64,000 bases of DNA from positions 1 through 64,000 of IMG/VR virus record IMGVR_UViG_3300006329_000001; one strand, 5' to 3'. The notes under the pieces were generated by a model. It was not told the origin of the DNA. It saw only the letters and a program-made list of their open reading frames with translations, and did no database searches. Below are positions 37,094-45,883 of the stretch, piece after piece; positions within the stretch are counted from its first letter, which is position 1, and each line of letters starts with the position of its first letter. A program made the translations under genes and the position numbers. This DNA comes from a virus.

Positions 37094-38704
37094 TTAGATA
37101 TCTCCTTTTTTATAATCCGCAGGACTAATACCTAAGGTTGCGGGATCTGGTTCTGGAGGTTGTAATGCCATCTCCATCTGTTCTACTTCAAGTTTTTGAA
37201 GCTCAACAGGTGAAACTAACTTACCCTCTGCTATTTCTGCATCCATCTGTGCTTGAATCTCATTGAATTCAACCTCAGTCTGACGTAACACATGCCTACG
37301 CATGTATTCTATAGAGAAATATTTACCAGTTAGCGGATCCATTTGAGCGACTAGATTCATACGCTCATTCATGATCTCCTGCTCTTTCAACTCAGCAAAG
37401 TAGTTGTCAGCAATGAAATCAAACTGGATGTGCTCCTTAACTAAGTCCCACTCATCAAGAGTTAGGACACCTTTAAGACAAATTTGTGTCTTAAGTAGGT
37501 CAAGGAATAGGTCAGAGAATCTCTTACGAAGTCTGGTTACAAACTTTTGGAATTTAACTTCATCACGTGTGATTTCTGCACTACGTCCTACATTAAAGGA
37601 GCTGTCAGATTCTAAACGTGACTCAGGTACATTCAATGCACGGTAGAGTTTCTTCTGGAAGTACTTAATATCTTCTAATTCACCTAGGTTTTGTCCACCT
37701 GGTAAAGTAGAAATTTCTGTACCTCTTCCACCCTCACGTCTTGGTAGCCAGAAGTCTTCTAGCATAGACATGAATTTCTTATCGTCTCTTATTTCACCAG
37801 TGTCAGCATTATATACTAACTTATTCCTATAACGAGACATAACCTCACGGAGATATTGCTCCGCTTTTTGCTTCGGTAGGTTACCCACATCTATATAGAA
37901 GATTCTACGCTCTGGTGCACGAGACATACGGTAAATAACCAGTGAATCTTCAATCATTCTCAACTGGTTAGTTGCCTTAATAGCTTTATGTAGATGAGAT
38001 AGCACATAGTTACGCTGCATATCTAATTGTCCTGAGTGGACAAAGCATACTGCGTCAGGTGCAATTTTTATTCCGTGGTTCTCATACCCACGTAACCCCT
38101 TAGGTGAATAAATGAAGTACTCTACACTCTTTGGTATTAAAGTATTAACTTCTGGGTCTGCGGGGGAAACCCTGTCTTTTGGTTTATCATATTCAATCAC
38201 CTTTTTAATCTTTCTAGGGTCGATATACCTGAGCTCAGTCATACCTTCCTGAGGATTATCAGGATTAATCATCTTATGATAAAAAAGTCTTCCGTCGATG
38301 TACCACCTACGGAAGATATCATATGCTTTCCTATCAAAATCTAGTAGAGTTAATACATTTTCAAACTCTTCACGAATTCTTGTCTTAACTGAGTTACTAC
38401 CAGGAAAGTTTTCTAAATTAATTTCTATTGTTTTATCGTCTAAGTCACCTGCAATGGCTTCATTAACTATATCTCCGACTGCTTGATCTACCTCTGGATG
38501 TAAAGACATCTCACGGTATCTACCAATCAAATCTACATCACTTGCTTTATTAGCAGCATCACCTAGATCTACGTACTGTCCAAAATAACCACCAGCTACA
38601 ATGGGTTGTGCTGCGTCATCTGAATCTTTCGTTACGAAAGAAGGGCCTAAACCTTTAGACCCCTTCTTCTTTCGATCAAGTGAATAACCAAATAACTGTG
38701 CCAT
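37094..38704 (-). CDS. gp20: portal vertex protein
   Basis: FRRWYIDGR, RAPERRIFYIDVGNLP, EDFWLPRREGGRGTEI. Confidence 0.98.
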   Translation of the reverse strand: MAQLFGYSLDRKKKGSKGLGPSFVTKDSDDAAQPIVAGGYFGQYVDLGDAANKASDVDLIGRYREMSLHPEVDQAVGDIVNEAIAGDLDDKTIEINLENFPGSNSVKTRIREEFENVLTLLDFDRKAYDIFRRWYIDGRLFYHKMINPDNPQEGMTELRYIDPRKIKKVIEYDKPKDRVSPADPEVNTLIPKSVEYFIYSPKGLRGYENHGIKIAPDAVCFVHSGQLDMQRNYVLSHLHKAIKATNQLRMIEDSLVIYRMSRAPERRIFYIDVGNLPKQKAEQYLREVMSRYRNKLVYNADTGEIRDDKKFMSMLEDFWLPRREGGRGTEISTLPGGQNLGELEDIKYFQKKLYRALNVPESRLESDSSFNVGRSAEITRDEVKFQKFVTRLRKRFSDLFLDLLKTQICLKGVLTLDEWDLVKEHIQFDFIADNYFAELKEQEIMNERMNLVAQMDPLTGKYFSIEYMRRHVLRQTEVEFNEIQAQMDAEIAEGKLVSPVELQKLEVEQMEMALQPPEPDPATLGISPADYKKGDI

Positions 38705-38726
38705 TCAACTTATCTCCATTTAATTA

Positions 38727-38734
38727 TATTTATA
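38727..38734 (-). promoter_or_regulatory. T4 late promoter
   Basis: TATAAATA upstream of gp20. Confidence 0.8.
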
Positions 38735-38738
38735 GACC

Positions 38739-39431
38739 CTATCTTAAAGAGGTAGAATTACCTGTGTTTCTGTCAGAGTCGTATGTCCAGTACTGAACCT
38801 GGAACTCAACTGTATACTCTTCTGGAGTATCGTTACTATCCCATGCAAGATCAATTGCGGAAATAGTTGAAGGCCATATACCCTCAAACTTATAAGTCTT
38901 AATGACTTGTCCTTGTCTTCCTAATTGTCTTACCCAAGCATTAGTCTGATATTTTCTAATCTCATTTGTGGATTGCTTGTTCTGATGAAGTGCTTGAATC
39001 TTAGTAGACCATTCTTCAAACTTATTCCTAAGTGCAAAGTTTTGGTCGTTAAGGACAGTAATTGTCCAAGGTTCAAACGTCCTGTCTCCTGCAATCTTAA
39101 GTGTCCTACCTCTATAAGGAACTTCAATAACACCCACTGTTGCTGCGGGTATATTTGCTGCCTTAATCAAGAAACTTGCGAAACTTGATGAAGATGCATT
39201 AGTTCCAAGTGTAGATGCACCACTCTTAGACTCATTGTCTTGTGCAGTAGATCCAGGATCAGCACCAGGATCAGGCTTACCATCTGATGTTACCACATCA
39301 GGCCATCCTAAGTCAACCTGAAACAGGTTAGGACGGGCTAAATCGCCAATTTTGTCCCTAAAAGTAAGTATTGGTGTGGAAACTCTAGCATTGGTTTCCT
39401 GACCAGGGAGTTTTTCTACTTCATTTGCCAT
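38739..39431 (-). CDS. gp19: tail tube protein
   Basis: ARPNLFQV, VPYRGRTLKIAGDRTFEPWTITV, EEYTVEFQVQYW. Confidence 0.96.
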   Translation of the reverse strand: MANEVEKLPGQETNARVSTPILTFRDKIGDLARPNLFQVDLGWPDVVTSDGKPDPGADPGSTAQDNESKSGASTLGTNASSSSFASFLIKAANIPAATVGVIEVPYRGRTLKIAGDRTFEPWTITVLNDQNFALRNKFEEWSTKIQALHQNKQSTNEIRKYQTNAWVRQLGRQGQVIKTYKFEGIWPSTISAIDLAWDSNDTPEEYTVEFQVQYWTYDSDRNTGNSTSLR

Positions 39432-39484
39432 TTTATTTGTCTCCTATTTGAGGTTGAGCACGAAGACGTGCCACGGTTTACTCA

Positions 39485-42256
39485 TTATGATACTAACTCA
39501 CTGAAGCTTGCTCCAGATCTTGTTGCTGTGAATGTCAATGTGATGAAGTTGATACTACGTGTTGGCTTCACGAAGATTTCAGCATAGAATTCACCACGGT
39601 CAATAGACTCGGCAGGGTTGTTAGTGCTGTCGCAGACTACTAAGAAGTCAACGATACCACGACGTGCTTGCACACTGCGTAGGAAAGGCTCAACTATGTT
39701 CTTGAATTGTGCACGAGTAAACTCGTCATTTAATTCAAAGAGTTGTGTCTTAGCAGCAGCAGAAATTGCTTCCTCTATGACTAAGAATAACCTTCTTACG
39801 TTAATTCTATCGAATGCAGACTGATAAGAAAGTGCAGTCTTATCTCCGAAGAGGACTAATCCTTCTCCAGGGAATGCTACGATTGGGTTAACTCTTGAAG
39901 CATAAAGTGTGTCTCTATGATCTTTAAGAGGTGAGTAAGCAAGTTTGATTGCATTAAGTAACTGTCCTCTGTTGAAACCAGCTGGTGAATACCAAGGTTC
40001 TTGGTTGATAGTTGTGCTTAATACAAGTCCTGCAACGTCTGCGTTACATGGGATGTAACGATAAACATCATTATACTTGTCGTAGATATACTTGTAGTTG
40101 TTATCAAATACAGCATATGATGAGCTTGATAACTGGTCGTAGTAGTTAACTGTTCTTGTTACGATATCAGAAACTCTAGGTTGACCAATAATATCACCAC
40201 GATAAGGAGATACGAAAGCAATACAATCTTTTCTAGCAGCAGCAATAGAAATTATGTGCTGTGCTTTAGCGATTGTATCATCAACACCACTCATTGATGG
40301 ACCCATTAGAATGTAGTCTACATCAACTGTCTCAGCATCGTTGAATAGATCGTATGCAGCGAGTGAGTTTGGCCTTGAAACTGTATATCCGTCTACACCA
40401 CCTTGTAGACTATACTTAAGTGTTGCTCTATGCTTTGTACCAAGTAGAGCGAGTGATAATGGATTTGTACCACTTGGGTCATCCATGTTATTCAAGGATG
40501 AATCTGATTTAATAAGGTCAAATTCCTTATTAATACCTGACACACCCCATGATCCAGCAGCGTTAGTATCTTTATCATATACCTGTGCTGTTTCGTGACT
40601 ACCCCAATAGAGATACTCAGAGAAATTCTTAATTACATCTTTGTAATAGATGTTATCGCCTTGAGGTGACTTAGCATCTGTTGCTTTAGAAACATTAAGA
40701 TGCTTCTCAATAACTGATCCAGGAACTCCTGTTACTGCTCCATCTCCATCGATGACTAAGATGTGCATTAAGTCATTGTGTCCACCACGGTCAGCAGTCC
40801 ATGCTGAAGTAGTAGGTCTTGCAGCTAAGTTAATCCACTTAGCATTTTCTCCGTAAATTCTTGACTCATAGTCAGACTCTACGTTAGCAACAGCGATTGT
40901 TGTAGTATTTTTATCAACAACTGTCTGGTTTGCTTGGAACTGAGGTGACCCTTGATTAAGAGCAACACGCAATTCACGAGTTACAGACTCAACAACTCCT
41001 GCATCACCAGTGGCAGAGCCAGGTGTGTTAGAGTTATTTGCTAACTCAGAAATTGTGTCTCCAACTTCAATGATGTCAGCAGATGTAGAGTCAACAGTTA
41101 TTTCTAACTTGCGATGCTCTTCATCATATCCAACAACACGTCCAGTAACACCACCACTAACAGCAGTGATATAGTTGTCTGTCTGGAATTTACCTATTAA
41201 AGTTGCAGCATCAGCGAAAGTAACAGTAACTGTGTATGAATATACACGACCATATACGTTAGCAGATGAATAGGAAACTTCAGCGTTATTATCGAATTCC
41301 CACTCAGCACTTGTTGGTTGAGCAAGATAAAGAATTTGGTCAGGACCAGCGTCTGTTACAAGAACTCTTAGTGAGTTACCGTAAATACCAGCTGTTTTAG
41401 CACCCCACTTCCAGTTGTTAGAAGCAGTCTCTACATTAGATTCGTAAGCATCAAGATTCTTAATGAGAGGTGAAGCAACACCAGTAGCAGTTTGCTCATT
41501 GATTGTTGTCTTCTGTGATGTAACATTCTGTAGGGTAACAGTAGATCCATCGGTATGAGATGTAGCAGTTGTGCCTAGCTGTGCTCTTACAACTGTCAAA
41601 TCATTACCTGCAACACCAGAAATTTGTAGGATTTCATCGTCAATTCTGATGTAACTGTTAGTACCACCACCTAGTGCAGCAGCAGATGTTACAGTCAGAG
41701 TTGTATCAGAATCAGTAAAGGTTGACCCTTCATTGATTGTAGAAGATGTACCAGCAGCTTCGATTAGAGTAATTGGTGCTGATGCAGCGTGACTAACAGC
41801 AGAAGTAGAAAGTTGACCTCGTAATACAACTACGTCGCTACCAGATACACTCTGGATAACTAATAATTCTGAGTCGATTAGTAGTACGTCTGCTACGTCG
41901 AAATCTGTTGATGAAGTAACAGTTAAAGTAGTGTCATTTGCACTAAAACTTGTTACTGTATACTGTGCAGTATCTATTGCGTTCTTTAAAGAATCGTTAG
42001 TTGCACGAACTATCTTAACGGTACCACCGTAAAGTAAGAACTGTGCTGCACTAAACCAATACTCGTAGTTATAGTCGGTAGGTTTACCAAATATGCTGAG
42101 AAGTTCCTTCTCGCTAGTTACATTTGTTATTTCCTCGACAGGACCTTTCTCAAACGCACCAACGATTGCAGCAATATTATCTACTGTTGCATTTGCGACG
42201 GTGGTCAGATCTCTCTCAAGAACAACAACTCCTGGTGAAAGCTGTGTCGAAGCCAT
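39485..42256 (-). CDS. gp18: tail sheath protein with large inserted domains
   Basis: LSPGVVVLERD, PWYSPAG.NRG, SAFDRINVRRLF, KPTRSINFITL; 923 aa. Confidence 0.96.
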   Translation of the reverse strand: MASTQLSPGVVVLERDLTTVANATVDNIAAIVGAFEKGPVEEITNVTSEKELLSIFGKPTDYNYEYWFSAAQFLLYGGTVKIVRATNDSLKNAIDTAQYTVTSFSANDTTLTVTSSTDFDVADVLLIDSELLVIQSVSGSDVVVLRGQLSTSAVSHAASAPITLIEAAGTSSTINEGSTFTDSDTTLTVTSAAALGGGTNSYIRIDDEILQISGVAGNDLTVVRAQLGTTATSHTDGSTVTLQNVTSQKTTINEQTATGVASPLIKNLDAYESNVETASNNWKWGAKTAGIYGNSLRVLVTDAGPDQILYLAQPTSAEWEFDNNAEVSYSSANVYGRVYSYTVTVTFADAATLIGKFQTDNYITAVSGGVTGRVVGYDEEHRKLEITVDSTSADIIEVGDTISELANNSNTPGSATGDAGVVESVTRELRVALNQGSPQFQANQTVVDKNTTTIAVANVESDYESRIYGENAKWINLAARPTTSAWTADRGGHNDLMHILVIDGDGAVTGVPGSVIEKHLNVSKATDAKSPQGDNIYYKDVIKNFSEYLYWGSHETAQVYDKDTNAAGSWGVSGINKEFDLIKSDSSLNNMDDPSGTNPLSLALLGTKHRATLKYSLQGGVDGYTVSRPNSLAAYDLFNDAETVDVDYILMGPSMSGVDDTIAKAQHIISIAAARKDCIAFVSPYRGDIIGQPRVSDIVTRTVNYYDQLSSSSYAVFDNNYKYIYDKYNDVYRYIPCNADVAGLVLSTTINQEPWYSPAGFNRGQLLNAIKLAYSPLKDHRDTLYASRVNPIVAFPGEGLVLFGDKTALSYQSAFDRINVRRLFLVIEEAISAAAKTQLFELNDEFTRAQFKNIVEPFLRSVQARRGIVDFLVVCDSTNNPAESIDRGEFYAEIFVKPTRSINFITLTFTATRSGASFSELVS

Positions 42257-42296
42257 GTGTGATCTCCTGAATGAATTCCAATTCGGATGCTGAAAT

Positions 42297-42304
42297 TATT
42301 TATA
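42297..42304 (-). promoter_or_regulatory. T4 late promoter
   Basis: TATAAATA upstream of gp18. Confidence 0.8.
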
Positions 42305-42315
42305 GAAATGTATAT

Positions 42316-43974
42316 TTACGAGAGGTAGTCCCACATATATGCCTTATCTCCGTACTCATCTGTCTTCCAAGTGTCGCCTTCCGCATCCGTGAAGGTCTCC
42401 TCGTACTGAACTCCGTCATCGATAAAACCAAACGGAGCCATGTCCGCTTCTATACCATCTTTTTGCTCCTGATACATGCGGAGACGTACGTCATCGTCAT
42501 GTAATTCTCTGAAGTAATCTGTGGTTGCTAACCATGCAAAAATAACTAAGCACATTGCTAAGTCATCGTTACATCCTTCCTCAGCTTCCCATGCTGGACC
42601 TCTCTGAATGAATGTAGTTAGCTCTGCCATAATATCATAGTCCTTAAAGATGAGTTTGTCATCTTCAATCAACTGTTTTAGGTTAGAGCAACCAGTCTTC
42701 TTGACTGTTGTGCTCATCTTAACCCCTAGTTGTACCTTGGTACCACTAAATCCTTGTCCTACTACCTGACCTGCCCTACCTCTCATGGCACACATGAGTA
42801 AATTCTCGTATTCTAGGTCAAATTGTATAATATCTGCTACCTGTCCACCAATATCATTAACTTCTATCATTATATACGCCTGGTTATATGCAGTGGCGAC
42901 CCTATGAATGATATCTGGGAATAATAATGGTTTAATCTTATTGTTTCTATACTTTGCTACCACCATATAGGGTATTTCTGTGGTATCTACCACTGTAAAT
43001 GCAGAATAATCCTTAGTTAGACCCCTAGCAACGTCAACACAGATGTGATATGAGTGTCCTTGCACTGGATCTTCATAGACTGACAGTCCTGCTTCCTTCT
43101 TAATAGGTTCTTCGTATATTAATGTCTTTAATTTAGTACTACTGATGAGAGTATTAACAGATCCTAGGAATTCACACTCAAATTCTTGGTTGAATTGCTC
43201 CTCTGATGTGTTTCGTATCGTCTCTTCTTTCCACTTTGCATCTCTACCTGGTACCTGTTGCCAGTGTACCTCTGTTGTGGTGTATTCATTCTGTCCTTTC
43301 TCTGCATCATGCCACAGTTTATAGAACATATTCATACCCTTGGGGGTAGATATGATTATAACTTTAGTGCTCTTACCAGAAGATATAGTAGGATAGACAG
43401 AACTAAAGAACTCGTCAGCAATATGCGTCGGAATAAAGGCGAATTCGTCCAGAAATATAATGTTAAAGGACATACCCCGAACAGCACTTGCAGAAGTAGA
43501 AGCAGCCAAGATCTTACTTCCATTCTCCAACTCCAAGGAGCCCCTGTTCCAGTTGACCACACCTTGTTGAAGCCATTTAGGGAGATTTTCGTAAGAAAGT
43601 TGTAACCTTCCCAACATTTCTCTTGCAGTGGCTGCTTTGTTTGCGAGGATTGCGATGTTGACATTATCATTAAAGATTGCGTACCACAGTAGATATGCAG
43701 TAACCACTGTAGATTTACCTGACTGACGTGGTAGCTTTGCTATATTGAATCTATTCTCATGGAATCGATTCACCATGTCTTCTTGGAAATCGTACAGATC
43801 AAAACCAACTATACCTTGATCGAGGTTAACGATCTTAATATAGTTGCGAATAAAATAAACAGGATCCTGACTACACTTTATAAACTCCTTCACCTGTTTA
43901 GGTGTGAAGTTAGTGTTAACGTTAGCCCGTTTGAGATTGGGGTTACCTAGATATATCTCCTGCTTTTCTGGCAT
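42316..43974 (-). CDS. gp17: terminase large subunit
   Basis: YLGNPNLK, PRQSGKST, FLDEFAF, STPKG, DVARG, DDLAM. Confidence 0.98.
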   Translation of the reverse strand: MPEKQEIYLGNPNLKRANVNTNFTPKQVKEFIKCSQDPVYFIRNYIKIVNLDQGIVGFDLYDFQEDMVNRFHENRFNIAKLPRQSGKSTVVTAYLLWYAIFNDNVNIAILANKAATAREMLGRLQLSYENLPKWLQQGVVNWNRGSLELENGSKILAASTSASAVRGMSFNIIFLDEFAFIPTHIADEFFSSVYPTISSGKSTKVIIISTPKGMNMFYKLWHDAEKGQNEYTTTEVHWQQVPGRDAKWKEETIRNTSEEQFNQEFECEFLGSVNTLISSTKLKTLIYEEPIKKEAGLSVYEDPVQGHSYHICVDVARGLTKDYSAFTVVDTTEIPYMVVAKYRNNKIKPLLFPDIIHRVATAYNQAYIMIEVNDIGGQVADIIQFDLEYENLLMCAMRGRAGQVVGQGFSGTKVQLGVKMSTTVKKTGCSNLKQLIEDDKLIFKDYDIMAELTTFIQRGPAWEAEEGCNDDLAMCLVIFAWLATTDYFRELHDDDVRLRMYQEQKDGIEADMAPFGFIDDGVQYEETFTDAEGDTWKTDEYGDKAYMWDYLS

Positions 43975-44204
43975 TATAGTACCTGTACAACTCCTTTAAC
44001 ATCTGGAATATCTTCCATCAGTTTACGTTCAATACCTTGCTTCAAGGTCATAGTGCTCATAGCACATGTAGAACATGCACCACCTAATCTAACTTTAACA
44101 TATTTATCTTCTGTTTCAACATACTCTAAGAAACCACCATCAGCTTCGATGTATGGTGCTAATTCGCTGAGTACATTTATCACATTAGAATCATTAAGTT
44201 CCAT
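43974..44204 (-). CDS. nfuA: NfuA/NifU C-terminal-type Fe-S cluster carrier
   Basis: PYIEADGG...VKVRLGGACSTC..STMTLKQGIERKL...VVQVL, the single-domain cyanobacterial NfuA layout with CxxC. Confidence 0.92.
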   Translation of the reverse strand: MELNDSNVINVLSELAPYIEADGGFLEYVETEDKYVKVRLGGACSTCAMSTMTLKQGIERKLMEDIPDVKGVVQVL

Positions 44205-44388
44205 TGGCTTCTTTTATTGCCTCTACGATAGTTCTCTTCAGTTGATTCTGTTTCTTTCTACCGATACCAACAGATGCATCTATCTTTACTTTAACCCAGT
44301 AAAGACCTATTATTACTAGAGTAAATGGAATAGCATCAGCCCAACTGATCTCATTCCATGCCTCTACGACATTTAACATTCCAAACAT
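44194..44388 (-). CDS. small membrane protein
   Basis: WNEISWADAIPFTLVIIGLYWVKV. Confidence 0.7.
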   Translation of the reverse strand: MFGMLNVVEAWNEISWADAIPFTLVIIGLYWVKVKIDASVGIGRKKQNQLKRTIVEAIKEANGT

Positions 44389-44930
44389 TAGTATAATCCA
44401 GGTAAGTTTGCAGCAGTAGTAGACTGTAATCCGTCTCCTACTTCGGGTAAGGGATCACCCTCGTCAGGTGCTTCGGGTAAGGTACCTTGTGCTCTACGAA
44501 TCTCTCTTAACTCTCCGAAGTTTTTATTCTTCGTACCTCCATCATACTCCCAAGCATATCCCTCAGCAATCATTTGTTCGTTGAGTGATGTATCATCATC
44601 GCCAACGTATAACCAACCAAGAAGCCTACCATACTTACCCATGCCACCTTTAAGTTCAGTTCTGATAGTAAGTTCATTGTCTCCTTTAATTGTATCTTCT
44701 AACGTTCCTTTCATCCAGTTAGTAGCATCTATTCCCAGTGCCTTCTCTTCTAAATCTCTAGTCCTCTTCTCAGGAGTATCGATACCAGCTATTCTAACAC
44801 GTTCGTGCTTATAGATATCAAATCCTAAGTCTATTACCACGTCAATGGTATCTCCATCAACTACTTTTGTTACTTCCGTCACTCGGAAGTTGTAACAACT
44901 CTTCCGAGATGGTGGTGTCATCTTTCCCAT
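44388..44930 (-). CDS. staphylococcal-nuclease (SNase)-like protein
   Basis: VVDGDTID, RVRIAGIDTPE, GKYGRLLG, N..MI.EGYAW.YDGG. Confidence 0.9.
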   Translation of the reverse strand: MGKMTPPSRKSCYNFRVTEVTKVVDGDTIDVVIDLGFDIYKHERVRIAGIDTPEKRTRDLEEKALGIDATNWMKGTLEDTIKGDNELTIRTELKGGMGKYGRLLGWLYVGDDDTSLNEQMIAEGYAWEYDGGTKNKNFGELREIRRAQGTLPEAPDEGDPLPEVGDGLQSTTAANLPGLY

Positions 44931-45027
44931 TTGGATACCAATCATCATACTTAAATATGTATACGATTACCACCCCTACCGCAATGAGTAGTATTGCGAT
45001 CATCCAGATAACACCCCAGACTACCAT
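44857..45027 (-). CDS. small single-TM protein (56 aa, not in ORF track)
   Basis: MVVWGVIWMIAILLIAVGVVIVYIFKYDDW...; TAATG coupling to the upstream ORF. Confidence 0.6.
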   Translation of the reverse strand: MVVWGVIWMIAILLIAVGVVIVYIFKYDDWYPNGKDDTTISEELLQLPSDGSNKSS

Positions 45028-45140
45028 TAAACGTATGCTTCTGCTGCTAGTCTAAATGCTAACCCTAGAGATGTGCCCATGATGGTGAGACGACTCATCC
45101 ACCACATTATCTCGTGCTTGTTTTTAGTGATGCGGCTCAT
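45027..45140 (-). CDS. 37-aa microprotein (not in ORF track)
   Basis: MSRITKNKHEIMWWMSRLTIMGTSLGLAFRLAAEAYV; coupled at both ends. Confidence 0.6.
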   Translation of the reverse strand: MSRITKNKHEIMWWMSRLTIMGTSLGLAFRLAAEAYV

Positions 45141-45304
45141 AGCTCCATCCCCATAGTGCAGTAGTCAATAAAATGAGGATGCTCCCTTAGACCAGGGACA
45201 TCCTCCTTGCTGTGCTGTATTGCTTCATATGCATCTGTGGCATACTCACAGATTTCATAGTGGTTGCGGCTTGTATCGTGGTAGCCAACCGTATAGTGGG
45301 ACAT
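45137..45304 (-). CDS. 55-aa His/Tyr/acid-rich protein (not in ORF track)
   Basis: MSHYTVGYHDTSRNHYEICEYATDAYEAIQHSKEDVPGLREHPHFIDYC; GGAG upstream; CATAAATA box at 45340-45347. Confidence 0.75.
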   Translation of the reverse strand: MSHYTVGYHDTSRNHYEICEYATDAYEAIQHSKEDVPGLREHPHFIDYCTMGMEL

Positions 45305-45342
45305 GATAGTTTCAACTCCACTGTGTCAAACGACATAAGTAT

Positions 45343-45483
45343 TTATGCCTTTTTGGTATCAGATGCTTCCTTTTTTAAGGCTTTCCTAACCTGCTTTGCA
45401 TAGTATACTTCTGCTTTAGTATACTGCTCAGGATGTTCTTTAGATCTCTTAATTAATAATTTTGCTGCTTTTTTGTCCTTCAA
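45343..45483 (-). CDS. 46-aa basic protein (not in ORF track)
   Basis: TTG start in a TTGA overlap; MKDKKAAKLLIKRSKEHPEQYTKAEVYYAK. Confidence 0.65.
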   Translation of the reverse strand: MKDKKAAKLLIKRSKEHPEQYTKAEVYYAKQVRKALKKEASDTKKA

Positions 45484-45716
45484 GAATTGAGTTGCGACGG
45501 TGCTTTGAAATACTTATTTATAACTTCTACTTGATCATGGTACCTTGAAATCTTATCTAACTCAACACCGATTGCTTCAGTGATGTCAGAGTGCTCTCCA
45601 ATACCTGCTGGATGTTCCAGATAAACTTCTACATTTGCTCGATGCTTTGCGATTTCACCTTGAGCATGTGCTAATACTGCACGTAATAATTGCTCTCTCA
45701 TGTGTAACATTCCCAT
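45480..45716 (-). CDS. conserved marine-phage hypothetical protein
   Basis: ANVEVYLEHPAGIGEHSDI; TGTTATAAT extended -10 and a TTGACA upstream (45738-45756). Confidence 0.8.
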   Translation of the reverse strand: MGMLHMREQLLRAVLAHAQGEIAKHRANVEVYLEHPAGIGEHSDITEAIGVELDKISRYHDQVEVINKYFKAPSQLNS

Positions 45717-45757
45717 AGTTTACTTAATCCTAGATTAATTATAACACAAATGTCAAA

Positions 45758-45883
45758 CTATTTATCTTTGTTACGAAATGCACAACGCAGTTCATGCTTC
45801 TCTATCCATGTGTATGGACGTGCATGACCTATTGGTGCTGTCAGTCCACAATACTTGCAGACTTTTCTTCTTTCTTCAACCAT
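45758..45883 (-). CDS. small zinc-finger-like protein
   Basis: CKYC...HELRC; start moved to MVEERRK. Confidence 0.6.
   Translation of the reverse strand: MVEERRKVCKYCGLTAPIGHARPYTWIEKHELRCAFRNKDK

Noticed and set aside
39458-39471. Hairpin GCACG-TCTT-CGTGC between gp18 and gp19 as a terminator
   Set aside because: Short stem with no U-tract; at most a processing or stability element
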